In this document: piece by piece, positions 9,149 to 18,661 of the stretch
Position numbering within the stretch: position 1 is the first letter of the stretch
Layout of the letters: every line of letters begins with the position of its first letter
From: Planctomycetales bacterium
GTDB taxonomy: Bacteria > 4484-113 > JAFGCY01
Length of the DNA: 32,000 bases
Assembly: GCA_022646745.1 (NCBI GenBank)
Contig: CP060262.1
Span: forward strand, 3,720,001 to 3,752,000
Direction: 5' to 3'
Program-made: the position numbers and the translations under genes
Notes under the pieces: model-generated
What the model saw: the letters and a program-made list of their open reading frames with translations, nothing else
What the model was told of the DNA's origin: nothing
Database searches by the model: none

Positions 9149-10990
9149 ATGCAGAACCACATCAGAAACATCGCGATCATCGCCCACGTTGACCACGGCA
9201 AGACCTCGCTCGTGGACGCCATGCTTCACCAGAGCGGCGTATTCCGCGAGAATGAAACCGTCGCCGAGCGTGTGATGGACTCCATGGACCTCGAGCGCGA
9301 GCGCGGGATCACCATCATGGCCAAGAACACGGCCATCAGCTACGAGGGCGTGAAGATCAACATCGTCGACACGCCGGGCCACGCCGACTTCGGCGGGGAA
9401 GTGGAGCGCACACTCAACCTTGTCGAGGGTGTGATGCTATTGGTCGATGCCGCCGAGGGCCCCCTGCCCCAGACCCGCTTCGTGCTGCAGAAGAGCCTCG
9501 CCCACGGCCTGCCGATCCTCGTGGTGATCAACAAGATTGACCGCCCGGACCGCCGCATCCGCGAGGTGGAGAATGAGATCCTCGACCTGTTCATCGACCT
9601 CGATGCCGAGGAGGACCAGCTGGAATTCCCGCTGCTCTACACCCAGGCCAAGGCCGGAGTGGCACTGACGGAGCGTCCGACGGATGCCGCGGTCGGCGAA
9701 CTCACGGCCGCCGAGTTCAGCGGTGACCTGCGTCCGCTGTTCGAGGCGATCATTGAGCAAATCCCACCTCCGTCCGGCAACCCGGAAGGCGTGCTGCAGT
9801 TCCTGGCAACGAGCCTCGCCTGGGATGACTACGTCGGCCGCATTACCGTCGGCAAGGTCGTGAGTGGCACCTTGAAGAAGGGCAATCAGGTCGTGCTCCT
9901 CAAGAAGGGCCAGCCCGCCGGTACCAGCGCGCTCACCAAGCTGTTTGGCTACGAGGGCCTGAAGCGCGTTGACACTGACAGGGTTGAAGCAGGAGACATC
10001 TGCGCCGTGGCCGGAGTGGAAGGCGCTTTCATCGGCGACACGATCGGCGATCCGGCTAACCCGCAGGCTCTGAAGAGCATCAGCGTGGAGGAACCGGCGA
10101 TCAGCATGGACTTCCACATCAATGACAGCCCGCTGGCCGGGCGCAAGGGCAAGTTCGTCACCAGCCGGCACCTGAAGGAACGCCTCGAGAAGGAGATGCT
10201 GCACAACGTCAGCCTGCGCCTCGAGCAGGGTGCGGAGGGAGAGGCCTTCCGTGTCAGTGCACGTGGTGAGCTGCAGCTGGCGGTGCTGGTGGAGACCATG
10301 CGCCGCGAGGGCTACGAACTGGCGCTGGGCCGCCCGCGTGTGATCACACGCGAAGATAACGGTAAGCAGGTTGAGCCGCTGGAGCTCGCTGTGCTGGACA
10401 TCCCGGAGGACTGCCTCGGCGTTGTCAGCGAGAAGCTGCACATGCGCGGCGGCAAGATGACGAAGATGGTCAACCACGGCAGCGGACGTGCCAGGCTGGA
10501 GTTCGAGGTGCCGACCCGCGGCCTGATCGGCTTCCGTGGCCAGTTCCTGACCGATACGCGCGGCAGCGGGATCCTGAACACGATCCTGATCGGGCAGACC
10601 GCACTGATCAACAAGGAGTTCGACCGCCGTGCCAACGGCGCGCTGGTGGCGGACCGCCCCGGCAAGGTCAGCTCATACGCCCTGTTCAACCTGCAGCAAC
10701 GCGGACGGATGTACGTCCGTCCCGGCGATGAGGTGTACGAGGGCATGATCGTCGGTGAGAATGCCCGTGACAACAACCTGCCGGTCAACATGGTGCGCGA
10801 GAAGCACCTGACAAACCACCGTGCGGCCAACGCGGATGACCTGACGAAGCTCGTGCCCCCTCGGCAGTTCACCCTGGAACAGGCGATTGAATACATCGCA
10901 GACGACGAGCTGGTGGAGGTCACACCGGAGAATTTGCGCCTGCGCAAGAAGCGCCTCGGCGGCTGGGCCAAGCAACTCGGCAAGGGATAG
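9149..10990 (+). CDS. typA: Translational GTPase TypA/BipA
   Basis: The 613-aa product has N-terminal [19 protein letters not shown] (G1), [14 protein letters not shown] (G3) and NKIDR (G4). Its length and overall layout match TypA/BipA. Confidence 0.95.
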   Translation: MQNHIRNIAIIAHVDHGKTSLVDAMLHQSGVFRENETVAERVMDSMDLERERGITIMAKNTAISYEGVKINIVDTPGHADFGGEVERTLNLVEGVMLLVDAAEGPLPQTRFVLQKSLAHGLPILVVINKIDRPDRRIREVENEILDLFIDLDAEEDQLEFPLLYTQAKAGVALTERPTDAAVGELTAAEFSGDLRPLFEAIIEQIPPPSGNPEGVLQFLATSLAWDDYVGRITVGKVVSGTLKKGNQVVLLKKGQPAGTSALTKLFGYEGLKRVDTDRVEAGDICAVAGVEGAFIGDTIGDPANPQALKSISVEEPAISMDFHINDSPLAGRKGKFVTSRHLKERLEKEMLHNVSLRLEQGAEGEAFRVSARGELQLAVLVETMRREGYELALGRPRVITREDNGKQVEPLELAVLDIPEDCLGVVSEKLHMRGGKMTKMVNHGSGRARLEFEVPTRGLIGFRGQFLTDTRGSGILNTILIGQTALINKEFDRRANGALVADRPGKVSSYALFNLQQRGRMYVRPGDEVYEGMIVGENARDNNLPVNMVREKHLTNHRAANADDLTKLVPPRQFTLEQAIEYIADDELVEVTPENLRLRKKRLGGWAKQLGKG

Positions 10991-11093
10991 GCCGCACGCA
11001 ACCCGCTCCCCTTGTGCTGGTTCACCCCGGTATAATCAGGCTGGAATGAGACTTATCGGGTGGGGACATGACATGCGACCTGGTGGAGATTCG

Positions 11094-12902
11094 ATGAACA
11101 GCACATCATCACGGCTTTACTGGCTGGCGCTGCCCGCCATCCTGTCAATCCTGGTACTTTCAATTTGTTCCTGTCCGGCCAGTGGTTCCGGAGACAACGG
11201 CAGTGCAGCCCAGTCCCCCTCCAGGCATGTTGGCAACCCGGAATTCCAGTCAGCGGAAATGCTGCCTGAAGGCAGCGCGATGCTTGGACAGCCTGTCAGC
11301 TTCCGTGCCGAGATCAGCGGTTCTGACCCCAGTGCTGAAGTGCTGGTGCTGCTCGGCGGCCTGCAGACTGTTGTCAGCCAACTGAACGATTCCGGCAAGT
11401 CACCTGATCAGGCAGCTGCCGACGGAATCTGGACCGGCACGCTCGACTGGAGCAAGGTCACGAAATCCGCCGCAGGATTGCCACTGCGCTTTGAGTACAG
11501 GGTCGAGGGCCGCGTGGTCACGTCAACGAACCTCAAGCCGGTTGACATCACAGCCAATGGCCAGGAATTCCTGTCAATGGACTGCCAGCCATCCGGCACG
11601 CTGGAGCCAGGGACCGAACTGCTGCTCACCGCCGAACTCGGGATCGGCAGGCGCAGCGGCCAGGTGCTGGCAGGCTTTGGGGAGACCGCCGAACTTGAGC
11701 TCAATGACATGGGCAAGGACGGCGACAAGCTGGCGGGTGATGGAATCTACAGCCTGCTCGCAGCTGTCCCGGTGGACCTGCCCTATGGCAATGCCACAAA
11801 GATGCATGTGCGCTATGTCGAGGATGCAGTTCAGCTGGCCGCTGCCACCGGCCCGGAGATCGTGTTGAATGCACCGCCAAGCTACATCACCGGATTGTCA
11901 ACCGAGCCGGCGGGCACCCTGCAGGTCGGTGAGCCATACACCGTCACAGTACAGCTCAACCCGGGCAGCGAGGCCACGGACATCCTGCTGGAGGTCCGTG
12001 ATGAAGGCAACCAGCACACTGCTGAGCTGGCAACACTTTCGCACGGTGGCAATGGCAGCTTCAGCCGGGACCAGTGGAGCTGGGAAGCCGGCTGGCCGCT
12101 GAAGTGGATGAGGGCCGGCGGCAGCTATACCCTGCTGGCCAGCATCCGTGACGCGGACGGCCGGATTGTCAGCCGCCGGGCACTTGGCCCGCTCATCGCT
12201 GCGGCCGACCGGCTGGCAATCGGCGAATGCAGTCTGGATCCTGGCCAGCCGCTCCTGCTCGGTGAATTCACGCTGATGGATACACGTACCAACAAGTCCA
12301 TTGAAGGCAGTTATGTCAGCCTGTTCGCCGGGGATCTGGAACTGTGCCGGATGGCCGACAACGGCCCTGCCACGGTCCAGAATGTGCCCTACTGGGTGGA
12401 TAGGCAGGCCGGCGACGCGCTGTATACCGGTGCCATCGAATGGCGAGCAATCTACAAGCAGGTGGATCTTGACAAGATACTTGAGGGCAGGCTGGAATGG
12501 CGGGACCAATCCGGGCTGCTGGCCGAGAAGGAGCTGGACGGGATTGTCATCAGGAAACCTGAACTGAAACTGGGGCGCTTCTACTTTGATCCCGGCACTC
12601 CGCTGGAGCTCGGTGGCATGGCGCTGCTGGTTGTTGAGATGAACCACTCAATGGTGCTTGGCAGGATGGACTTCCTGCTGCCAGATGGCACACTTGTCGG
12701 CAGCCACAAGTTCATTGGCAACCTCGGTGTGACCCAGCTGGACTGGACCCAGTTCACGAAGCCCGGCAGGTACGGCCCCTTCACGGCGCGCTGCTATGAC
12801 GAGGATGGCAATCTTCTCGATGAGATCAGGAGTGGCAAGGTGGAGATTGTTGATCCGGGCCCGGACGGCCCGAAGTCCCGTCCGGTGTTGCCGCGAAAGT
12901 GA
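11094..12902 (+). CDS. Predicted lipoprotein built from repeated Ig-like modules carrying a GD..AGDGIY(S/T) motif (choice-of-anchor-X-like)
   Basis: The track ORF starts at 10887, inside typA. ATG 11094 has GGTGGAG 5 nt upstream and gives MNSTSSRLYWLALPAILSILVLSICSCPASG, a signal peptide with lipobox-like Cys. Alternative starts are 11046 and 11073. Recurrent motifs are NDSGKSPDQAAADGIWTGTLDW, NDMGKDGDKLAGDGIYSLLAAV and DRQAGDALYTGAIEW. Confidence 0.7.
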   Translation: MNSTSSRLYWLALPAILSILVLSICSCPASGSGDNGSAAQSPSRHVGNPEFQSAEMLPEGSAMLGQPVSFRAEISGSDPSAEVLVLLGGLQTVVSQLNDSGKSPDQAAADGIWTGTLDWSKVTKSAAGLPLRFEYRVEGRVVTSTNLKPVDITANGQEFLSMDCQPSGTLEPGTELLLTAELGIGRRSGQVLAGFGETAELELNDMGKDGDKLAGDGIYSLLAAVPVDLPYGNATKMHVRYVEDAVQLAAATGPEIVLNAPPSYITGLSTEPAGTLQVGEPYTVTVQLNPGSEATDILLEVRDEGNQHTAELATLSHGGNGSFSRDQWSWEAGWPLKWMRAGGSYTLLASIRDADGRIVSRRALGPLIAAADRLAIGECSLDPGQPLLLGEFTLMDTRTNKSIEGSYVSLFAGDLELCRMADNGPATVQNVPYWVDRQAGDALYTGAIEWRAIYKQVDLDKILEGRLEWRDQSGLLAEKELDGIVIRKPELKLGRFYFDPGTPLELGGMALLVVEMNHSMVLGRMDFLLPDGTLVGSHKFIGNLGVTQLDWTQFTKPGRYGPFTARCYDEDGNLLDEIRSGKVEIVDPGPDGPKSRPVLPRK

Positions 12903-12939
12903 TCCATCCACATCGCTGGCCTCTTGCTGCCAACCGCCC

Positions 12940-13914
12940 TCAGGGCAGGTCCAGCAACACGCTGCCGCGCTTATGCCCACTGTCAACGCGCGTATGCGCC
13001 TCCCTGACCTGCTCCAGCGGGTAGCGGCTGTCAATCACCGGCTTCAGCACACCCTCCCCCGCCAGCCGGCAGATGTAGCGCAGGTCCTTGGCCCGCAGCT
13101 TTGCATCACGCAGACCGGTGAGGATGATCCGGGCCCGCTGGCCGCTGCTGCGTCCGGTCAGCCAGTTCTGCATCAGTATCCCGAATGACAGCACTGTGCA
13201 GAGGTAGGCTCCGTCCGGCTTGAGCACCCGGCGGCAGGCAGCGAAGCTGCTGCGTCCGACCGCATCAAACACGATGTCATAGCGGGCTTCCCCGGCTGTG
13301 AAGTCCTCACTGGCGTAGTCAATCACTTCCGTGGCACCAAGCGAGCGCACCAGTTCGGCATTGCCAGCACTGCAGACTGCGGTTACCTGTGCGCCAAAGT
13401 GCCTCGCCAGTTGCACGGCCGCACTGCCCACGCTGCCGGATGCCCCGTTCACGAGCACCTGCATCCCCTTGCGGATCCCGCCCGCATCGCGCAGGAAGGG
13501 CAGCGCCGTCATCGCCCCTTCGCTGATCGCCAGCATATCCGCGGCATCCAGCCCCTCCGGCACCTGGGCCAGCACCGCCTGCTCGTCCACACATATATAT
13601 TGGGCATGCGCACCGAAGTCGTCGCCGGTGGCCCCGACCACGATGTCGCCCTTCACAAAGCGGTCCACATCCGCACCGCACTGCTCCACCACCCCACTGT
13701 ACTCAGTACCTAGCACCGGCTTGCCCGGCTTCAGCAGACCCATCGCCAGCCTTGCCACAAACGGGCTGCCCTTGCGCATGATCACATCAGCGGTGGAAAC
13801 CGCCGCGGAACTGATCCGGACCAGCACTTCCGTACGGCCAGGTGCCGGGACCGGCCGCTGGGCAATCGAAAGCACTTCCGGCCCGCCATATTCACTAAAT
13901 ACGACTGCGCTCAT
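12940..13914 (-). CDS. NAD(P)H-dependent MDR-superfamily oxidoreductase (quinone oxidoreductase-like, zinc-independent type)
   Basis: MSAVVFSEYGGPEVL... is a canonical MDR N-terminus. GASGSVGSAAVQLA is the dinucleotide-binding motif, and the C-terminus reads HKRGSVLLDLP. The track start 14001 over-extends the gene. ATG 13947 is an alternative start that sits 6 nt after a TATAAT (13954-13959, minus strand). Confidence 0.8.
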   Translation of the reverse strand: MSAVVFSEYGGPEVLSIAQRPVPAPGRTEVLVRISSAAVSTADVIMRKGSPFVARLAMGLLKPGKPVLGTEYSGVVEQCGADVDRFVKGDIVVGATGDDFGAHAQYICVDEQAVLAQVPEGLDAADMLAISEGAMTALPFLRDAGGIRKGMQVLVNGASGSVGSAAVQLARHFGAQVTAVCSAGNAELVRSLGATEVIDYASEDFTAGEARYDIVFDAVGRSSFAACRRVLKPDGAYLCTVLSFGILMQNWLTGRSSGQRARIILTGLRDAKLRAKDLRYICRLAGEGVLKPVIDSRYPLEQVREAHTRVDSGHKRGSVLLDLP

Positions 13915-14094
13915 TGTTGATGGGGACTGCTCGGGGCTGGATGGCATCCGAGGATTATACAGTCGGCCCTCGCGCGATTGCCAACAATGGCAAACCGGCA
14001 TGTGAACAGGTCACGTTCCAACTGCTTAGGTGCCACAGCTGGCCAGCTGGACTGTGCAGAATTCAGCGTCAAATAAAGTATTTCACCTAACACC

Positions 14095-14116
14095 GATATG
14101 ATATATATGATATATT
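14095..14116. promoter_or_regulatory. AT-only tandem element in the divergent promoter region between the oxidoreductase gene and the por operon
   Basis: gatatgatatatatgatatatt contains TGATATAT twice and sits in an otherwise GC-rich genome. It lies 59-80 nt upstream of ATG 14175. A GAGGAG RBS is at 14163-14168. Confidence 0.3.
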
Positions 14117-14174
14117 CTCTATAAACGTCAGAACTGCTGAATCACAGTTTACGCCAGCGAATGAGGAGCAGTCT

Positions 14175-14744
14175 ATGAGAGAGTTGCGCATACATGGCCG
14201 CGGTGGCCAGGGCGCGGTGATAGCGTCCAAGGTCCTTGCGGTGGCGATATTCAAGGAGGGCCGCTGGGTCCAGTCCTTCCCTGCCTTCGGCGTGGAGCGG
14301 CGGGGTGCCCCCGTCACTGCCTTCCTGAGGGTGGCAGACAGCCCGGTACTCCTGCGCTGTGAGGTCACCACCCCGGATGACCTGATCGTGCTAGATCCGA
14401 CCCTGCTTGATGCAATTGACATCACCGCCGGGCTCAAGCCTGGCGGCAGCATCCTGATCAACTCAGCCGCCGCACCGGAGGCATACGCACATATCGGCCC
14501 CTATCGGATAGCGACGGTCGATGCCAGTGCGATCGCACTGAAGTACGGGCTCGGTTCACGCACGCAGCCGATCGTCAATACGGCGATCGTTGGCGCCTTC
14601 GCCGTATTCAGTGGCCTGGTCTCGCTTGACAAGGTCTGCGCTGCCATCGAGGACGAGGTCCCGCGGCATGCGGAGGAGAACGTCGCCGCCGCCCGCGAAG
14701 CTGCCGAGCTGGTCAGGATCGCACAGGAGGCCGCGCATGTCTGA
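14175..14744 (+). CDS. porG: 2-oxoacid (pyruvate-type):ferredoxin oxidoreductase gamma subunit
   Basis: MRELRIHGRGGQGAVIASKVLAVAIFKEG...FPAFGVERRGAPV is the PorG/VorG signature. Gene order is gamma-delta-alpha-beta. Substrate (pyruvate, ketoisovalerate or 2-oxoglutarate) cannot be called from sequence by eye. Confidence 0.9.
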   Translation: MRELRIHGRGGQGAVIASKVLAVAIFKEGRWVQSFPAFGVERRGAPVTAFLRVADSPVLLRCEVTTPDDLIVLDPTLLDAIDITAGLKPGGSILINSAAAPEAYAHIGPYRIATVDASAIALKYGLGSRTQPIVNTAIVGAFAVFSGLVSLDKVCAAIEDEVPRHAEENVAAAREAAELVRIAQEAAHV

Positions 14745-16497
14745 GCAGAACTTCAACACCGTGCCGCTGCACACGCCGCCACTGTCGGTCAGCAGCTCAT
14801 CCACCGAACAGAACATCACCGGCTCCTGGAAGTACATCCAGCCGGCCTACCACGACCGCGTTGCCCCCTGCATCGCTGGCTGTCCGACCGGCGTTGACAT
14901 CGAGGGCTACATGTCGCTGCTGCGCGACGGCGAACTGTCTGCGGCTATGGAGCTCCTGCAGTGCGAGAACCCGATGCCGGCGATCACCGGTCGCGTCTGC
15001 AACCACCCCTGCGAATCCCGCTGCAACCGCGCCAACTATGACGGGGCGGTTGCCATCCATGCGGTGGAGCGCGTGCTCGGGGACATGATCCTCGAGGAAC
15101 CGCTGCCGCACTGGACGATGCGCAAACATGATGAACGGATCGCCGTGATCGGCTCTGGCCCGGCCGGCCTGGCCTGCGCCTACCACCTGACGAGGCTCGG
15201 CTACAACGTCGAGGTGTTTGAGAAGGAGGAGGAGCTGGGCGGCATGCTCAGGCTGGGAATTCCCGGCTACCGCCTGCCGCGCGAGGTGCTGGACAGCCAG
15301 ATCGCGCGTTACAAGGCGATGGGCATCATCTTCCACACCGGCATGCGGGCCGGCACGGACATCGGCTGGCCGCGGCTGACAACGGAGTTCTCCGCGGTGT
15401 TCATTGCCAGCGGTGCGCATGTCAGCCGCCTGCTGGACCTTGAGGGAGACTGCAGCCGGCAGTCACTGCGCAGCGGGCTGGACTTCCTCAGGGAAGTCAA
15501 TGCCGGCGGCCGGCCGGATATCGGCAAACACGCGCTCGTGATCGGCGGTGGCAACACCGCAATGGACTGTGCCCGCACCGCGCTCAGGCTCGGTGCCGAG
15601 GTCACCGTGGTCTACCGCCGCACCCGCGCGGAGATGCCGGCCATCGATGAGGAGATCGAGGATGCCGCCCGCGAAGGTGTGAAGTTCGAATTCCTTGCTT
15701 CCCCTGAGAAGCTGTCCGGCACGGGCGGCAGGCTGCAACTGGCCTGCACCCGCATGGAGCTTGGCGAGCCTGATGCCCAGGGCCGCCGCAGGCCGGTCCC
15801 GGCTGGTGGCGAACCGCTGCTGCTGGAGGCCGACACGATCATCTCCGCCATCGGTGAGGACACTGGCCTGCATGACCTGCAGGCTGAACTTGCCGACGCG
15901 AAGCTGGCGATGAACACATGGGGCTGCGAGAAGCTCGCCAGGGTGTTCCTCGGTGGCGACGTGGCCGGGGATGAGCGCACCGTTGCCAGTGCACTCGGCG
16001 CCGGCAAGCGCTGTGCGATCTACATCGACCGCCAGCTGCGCCAGCAGCATGGAGAGGACATCCCAGAGGAGAGGCTGGAAGCGATACGCATCGGTGGCTC
16101 TGAGTCCCTGAGCATGGCGCGCTGGACCAACAGTGACCCGATCATGCGGGTCAGCCCCCAGAACGATGTGGTGCAGCCCGCTGACATCAACACGGCCTAC
16201 TTCCCGCGCGAGCCGCGCCACAATGACCGGCACGCCGCACTGCTGAAGAGCTTTGAGGAATCAAACACCGGCATCACGACCCGTGACGCACTGGCCGAGG
16301 CCGCCCGCTGCTATGAGTGCGGGGTCTGCAACGAGTGCGAACTGTGCCGGATCTACTGTGGCGAGGCCGCCATCCAGCTCGACCCGGGCAGCGGCCGCTT
16401 CGTGATCGACCTGGACCACTGCAAGGGCTGCGGCGTGTGCACGGCGGAATGTCCGCGTGGCGCACTCGTGATGGAGCGCCTTGCCAATATGGACTGA
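14737..16497 (+). CDS. GltD/NfnB/SudA-like NAD(P)H-FAD oxidoreductase fused to a PorD-type 2x[4Fe-4S] ferredoxin domain, occupying the delta-subunit position
   Basis: ATG 14737 has AGGAGG 6 nt upstream and overlaps the porG stop by 8 nt. The track start 14590 lies inside porG. N-terminal Fe-S motifs are APCIAGCPTG and GRVCNHPCESRCNR. The Rossmann segment is IAVIGSGPAGLACAYHL...GGMLRLGIPGYRLP. The C-terminus has CYECGVCNECELCRIYC and CKGCGVCTAECP. Confidence 0.85.
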   Translation: MSEQNFNTVPLHTPPLSVSSSSTEQNITGSWKYIQPAYHDRVAPCIAGCPTGVDIEGYMSLLRDGELSAAMELLQCENPMPAITGRVCNHPCESRCNRANYDGAVAIHAVERVLGDMILEEPLPHWTMRKHDERIAVIGSGPAGLACAYHLTRLGYNVEVFEKEEELGGMLRLGIPGYRLPREVLDSQIARYKAMGIIFHTGMRAGTDIGWPRLTTEFSAVFIASGAHVSRLLDLEGDCSRQSLRSGLDFLREVNAGGRPDIGKHALVIGGGNTAMDCARTALRLGAEVTVVYRRTRAEMPAIDEEIEDAAREGVKFEFLASPEKLSGTGGRLQLACTRMELGEPDAQGRRRPVPAGGEPLLLEADTIISAIGEDTGLHDLQAELADAKLAMNTWGCEKLARVFLGGDVAGDERTVASALGAGKRCAIYIDRQLRQQHGEDIPEERLEAIRIGGSESLSMARWTNSDPIMRVSPQNDVVQPADINTAYFPREPRHNDRHAALLKSFEESNTGITTRDALAEAARCYECGVCNECELCRIYCGEAAIQLDPGSGRFVIDLDHCKGCGVCTAECPRGALVMERLANMD

Positions 16498-16507
16498 GGA
16501 GCAGGAG

Positions 16508-17668
16508 ATGCAGAAGGTAATAGTTGGCAACCATGCCGTATCCTGGGGGGTCAAGCTGGCCCGCACGGAGGTGATCCCGGCCTACCCGATCACCCCCCAG
16601 ACCCAGATCGTCGAGGAGCTCTCGGAGATGTGCGCCAGCGGTGAGCTGCCGGCGCGCTTCATCAAGGTGGAGAGCGAGCACTCGGCGATGGCCTCCGCCG
16701 TCGGCGCATCAGCCGCCGGGGCACGGGCCTTCACCGCGACTTCCTCCCAGGGCCTGGCCCTGATGCATGAGATGCTGCACTGGGCCGCCGCCGCCCGCCA
16801 CCCGATCGTGATGGCGGATGTCAACCGCGCGCTCGGGCCGGGCTGGAACATCTGGACCGATCAGACGGACTCGCTTTCCCAGCGAGACACCGGCTGGCTG
16901 CAGCTCTACTGCGAGAACAACCAGGAGGTGCTCGACACCACGATCATCGCCTTCAGGCTGGCAGAGGCGCTGGACCTGCCGGTGATGCTGGTGCTTGACG
17001 CCTTCTACCTGTCTCATACCTCGGAGCCGGTTGACATCCCGGACCAGGCACTGGTTGACAGTTTCCTACCGAAGCGTGAGGCGCACTACAAGCTCGACAT
17101 AAACGAGCCACACGCCTTCAATGCGCTGGTCAAGCCGGATGACTACATGGAGATGCGCTGGCACATGCATGACGCGCAGCGCCGTGCCCTTGAGCTGTAC
17201 CCGCAGATCGAGAGCGAGTGGCTGGCGCTGACCGGCCGCTACTACGGCATGATCGAGCCCTACCGCACTGACGACGCCGAGACGGTGCTGATCACCACCG
17301 GCACCGTCACCTCCACCGCCCGTTACGTGATTGACGAACGGCGCAGCCGAGGTGAGAAGGTCGGCCTCGTCAAGATCAAGATGTTCCGCCCCTTCCCCGT
17401 CGAGGCCATGCGGGCAGCGCTGAAGGGCATTCCGCGCATCGCCGTGATTGACAGGAACATCTCGCCTGGCAACGGCGGGATTTTCGCCCAGGAGCTGCGC
17501 AGTGCACTGTACGGCAGTGACAGCGATGCAGCCCCGCAGTTCAACGGCTACATCGTCGGACTGGGCGGGCGCAACGTGACACCGGACACCATAAACGGCA
17601 TCATCGACCATGTGCAGTCCGGCGAGACAGTGGATCGACCCGACATCTGGGTGGGAGTGAAAGCATGA
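16508..17668 (+). CDS. porA: 2-oxoacid:ferredoxin oxidoreductase alpha subunit
   Basis: MQKVIVGNHAVSWG...AYPITPQT...VESEHSAMASAVGASAAGARAFTATSSQGLALMHE is the PorA signature. ATG 16508 follows GGAGCAGGAG. The track start 16481 overlaps the upstream gene. Confidence 0.9.
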   Translation: MQKVIVGNHAVSWGVKLARTEVIPAYPITPQTQIVEELSEMCASGELPARFIKVESEHSAMASAVGASAAGARAFTATSSQGLALMHEMLHWAAAARHPIVMADVNRALGPGWNIWTDQTDSLSQRDTGWLQLYCENNQEVLDTTIIAFRLAEALDLPVMLVLDAFYLSHTSEPVDIPDQALVDSFLPKREAHYKLDINEPHAFNALVKPDDYMEMRWHMHDAQRRALELYPQIESEWLALTGRYYGMIEPYRTDDAETVLITTGTVTSTARYVIDERRSRGEKVGLVKIKMFRPFPVEAMRAALKGIPRIAVIDRNISPGNGGIFAQELRSALYGSDSDAAPQFNGYIVGLGGRNVTPDTINGIIDHVQSGETVDRPDIWVGVKA

Positions 17669-18570
17669 GCCAGACCATCATCAAGGACCGGATCCCCGAA
17701 AACGAACTGCTGATGGGCGGCCACCTGGCCTGCCCCGGCTGCGGCGGCGCGCTGGCAATGCGCCTCGTGCTGAAGGAGCTGGGCCCGAAGACCATCGTGG
17801 TGCTGCCGGCCTGCTGCTGGAGCATCATCGCCGGGCCCTACCCGCAAAGCTCGCTCAAGGTGCCGCTGTACCACACGGCCTTCGAGACCGGGGCCGCAGT
17901 GGCCTCCGGCATCCGCGCCGCCCTCGACATCCAGGGCCAGCACGACACGAACGTGATCGTCTGGGCCGGTGACGGCGGCACTTTCGACATCGGCCTGCAG
18001 GCCCTGTCCGGCGCGGCCGAGCGCAATGAGGACTTCATCTACTGCTGCTATGACAACGAGGCTTACATGAACACCGGCATCCAGCGCTCCTCGGCAACGC
18101 CCTGGGGCGCCTGGACCACCACCACGCCATCGAAGCACCCGCAGGCCACTGACAAGAAGGACATCCTCGCGATCATGGCGGCGCACCGCATCCCCTACGC
18201 GGCCACCGCCTCCGTGTCCTACCCCGTTGACCTCGTTGACAAGGTGAAAAAGGCGATGTCCATCCGCGGCACCCGCTTCCTGCATATCCTCGCCCCCTGC
18301 CCGCCGGGCTGGAAGTTCGAGGACGAGCGCGCCATCGACATGGGCCGCATGGCGGTGCAGTCACGGGTCTTCCCGCTGGTGGAGGTGGAGCACGGCACTG
18401 ACTGGCGCTTCACGATGGACCCGGAGCATGTGCCGGTGCAGGACTACATCCGTGCCCAGGGCCGCTTCCGCCACCTGACGGATGAGCAGATCGGACATAT
18501 CTCGGATGCAGTGGATTACCGCTATGAGCACCTCAGGGATCTGGCGGAAAGGAGCCAGGCAAAGGTCTAG
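17665..18570 (+). CDS. porB: 2-oxoacid:ferredoxin oxidoreductase beta subunit (TPP-binding)
   Basis: Motifs GHLACPGCGG, GDGGTFDIGLQALSGAAERNED and YDNEAYMNTGIQRSSATP are present. The start overlaps the porA stop in an ATGA arrangement. Confidence 0.9.
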   Translation: MSQTIIKDRIPENELLMGGHLACPGCGGALAMRLVLKELGPKTIVVLPACCWSIIAGPYPQSSLKVPLYHTAFETGAAVASGIRAALDIQGQHDTNVIVWAGDGGTFDIGLQALSGAAERNEDFIYCCYDNEAYMNTGIQRSSATPWGAWTTTTPSKHPQATDKKDILAIMAAHRIPYAATASVSYPVDLVDKVKKAMSIRGTRFLHILAPCPPGWKFEDERAIDMGRMAVQSRVFPLVEVEHGTDWRFTMDPEHVPVQDYIRAQGRFRHLTDEQIGHISDAVDYRYEHLRDLAERSQAKV

Positions 18571-18661
18571 TCCCGCTCGACAAAATGTGCAACTAGGCCT
18601 GCGGGATGCCAACCGGAGTCTGTGCCAGTATGATTCCGCTCAAGGAATCAGGGAGCTTAGG

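Noticed and set aside
9131-11025. Antisense ORFs inside typA: 9131..9382, 9340..9594, 9437..10477, 9949..10299, 10312..11025 and 10673..10975
   Set aside because: typA identity is unambiguous, and these are high-GC shadow frames.
10887-11093. Track N-terminal extensions of real genes: 10887, 14001, 14590, 16481, 18482, 20450, 25084, 29409 and 30808
   Set aside because: Each extension overlaps the preceding gene or a promoter and encodes Arg/Ser-rich junk. In each case an internal start with an RBS yields a sensible N-terminus, either a signal peptide or a conserved family start.
14797-18612. Antisense or alternate-frame ORFs across the por operon, for example 14797..15420-, 15463..16233-, 16274..16681-, 17066..17611- and 17548..18285-
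   Set aside because: They lie inside genes with unmistakable Por and GltD signatures. They are shadow ORFs.
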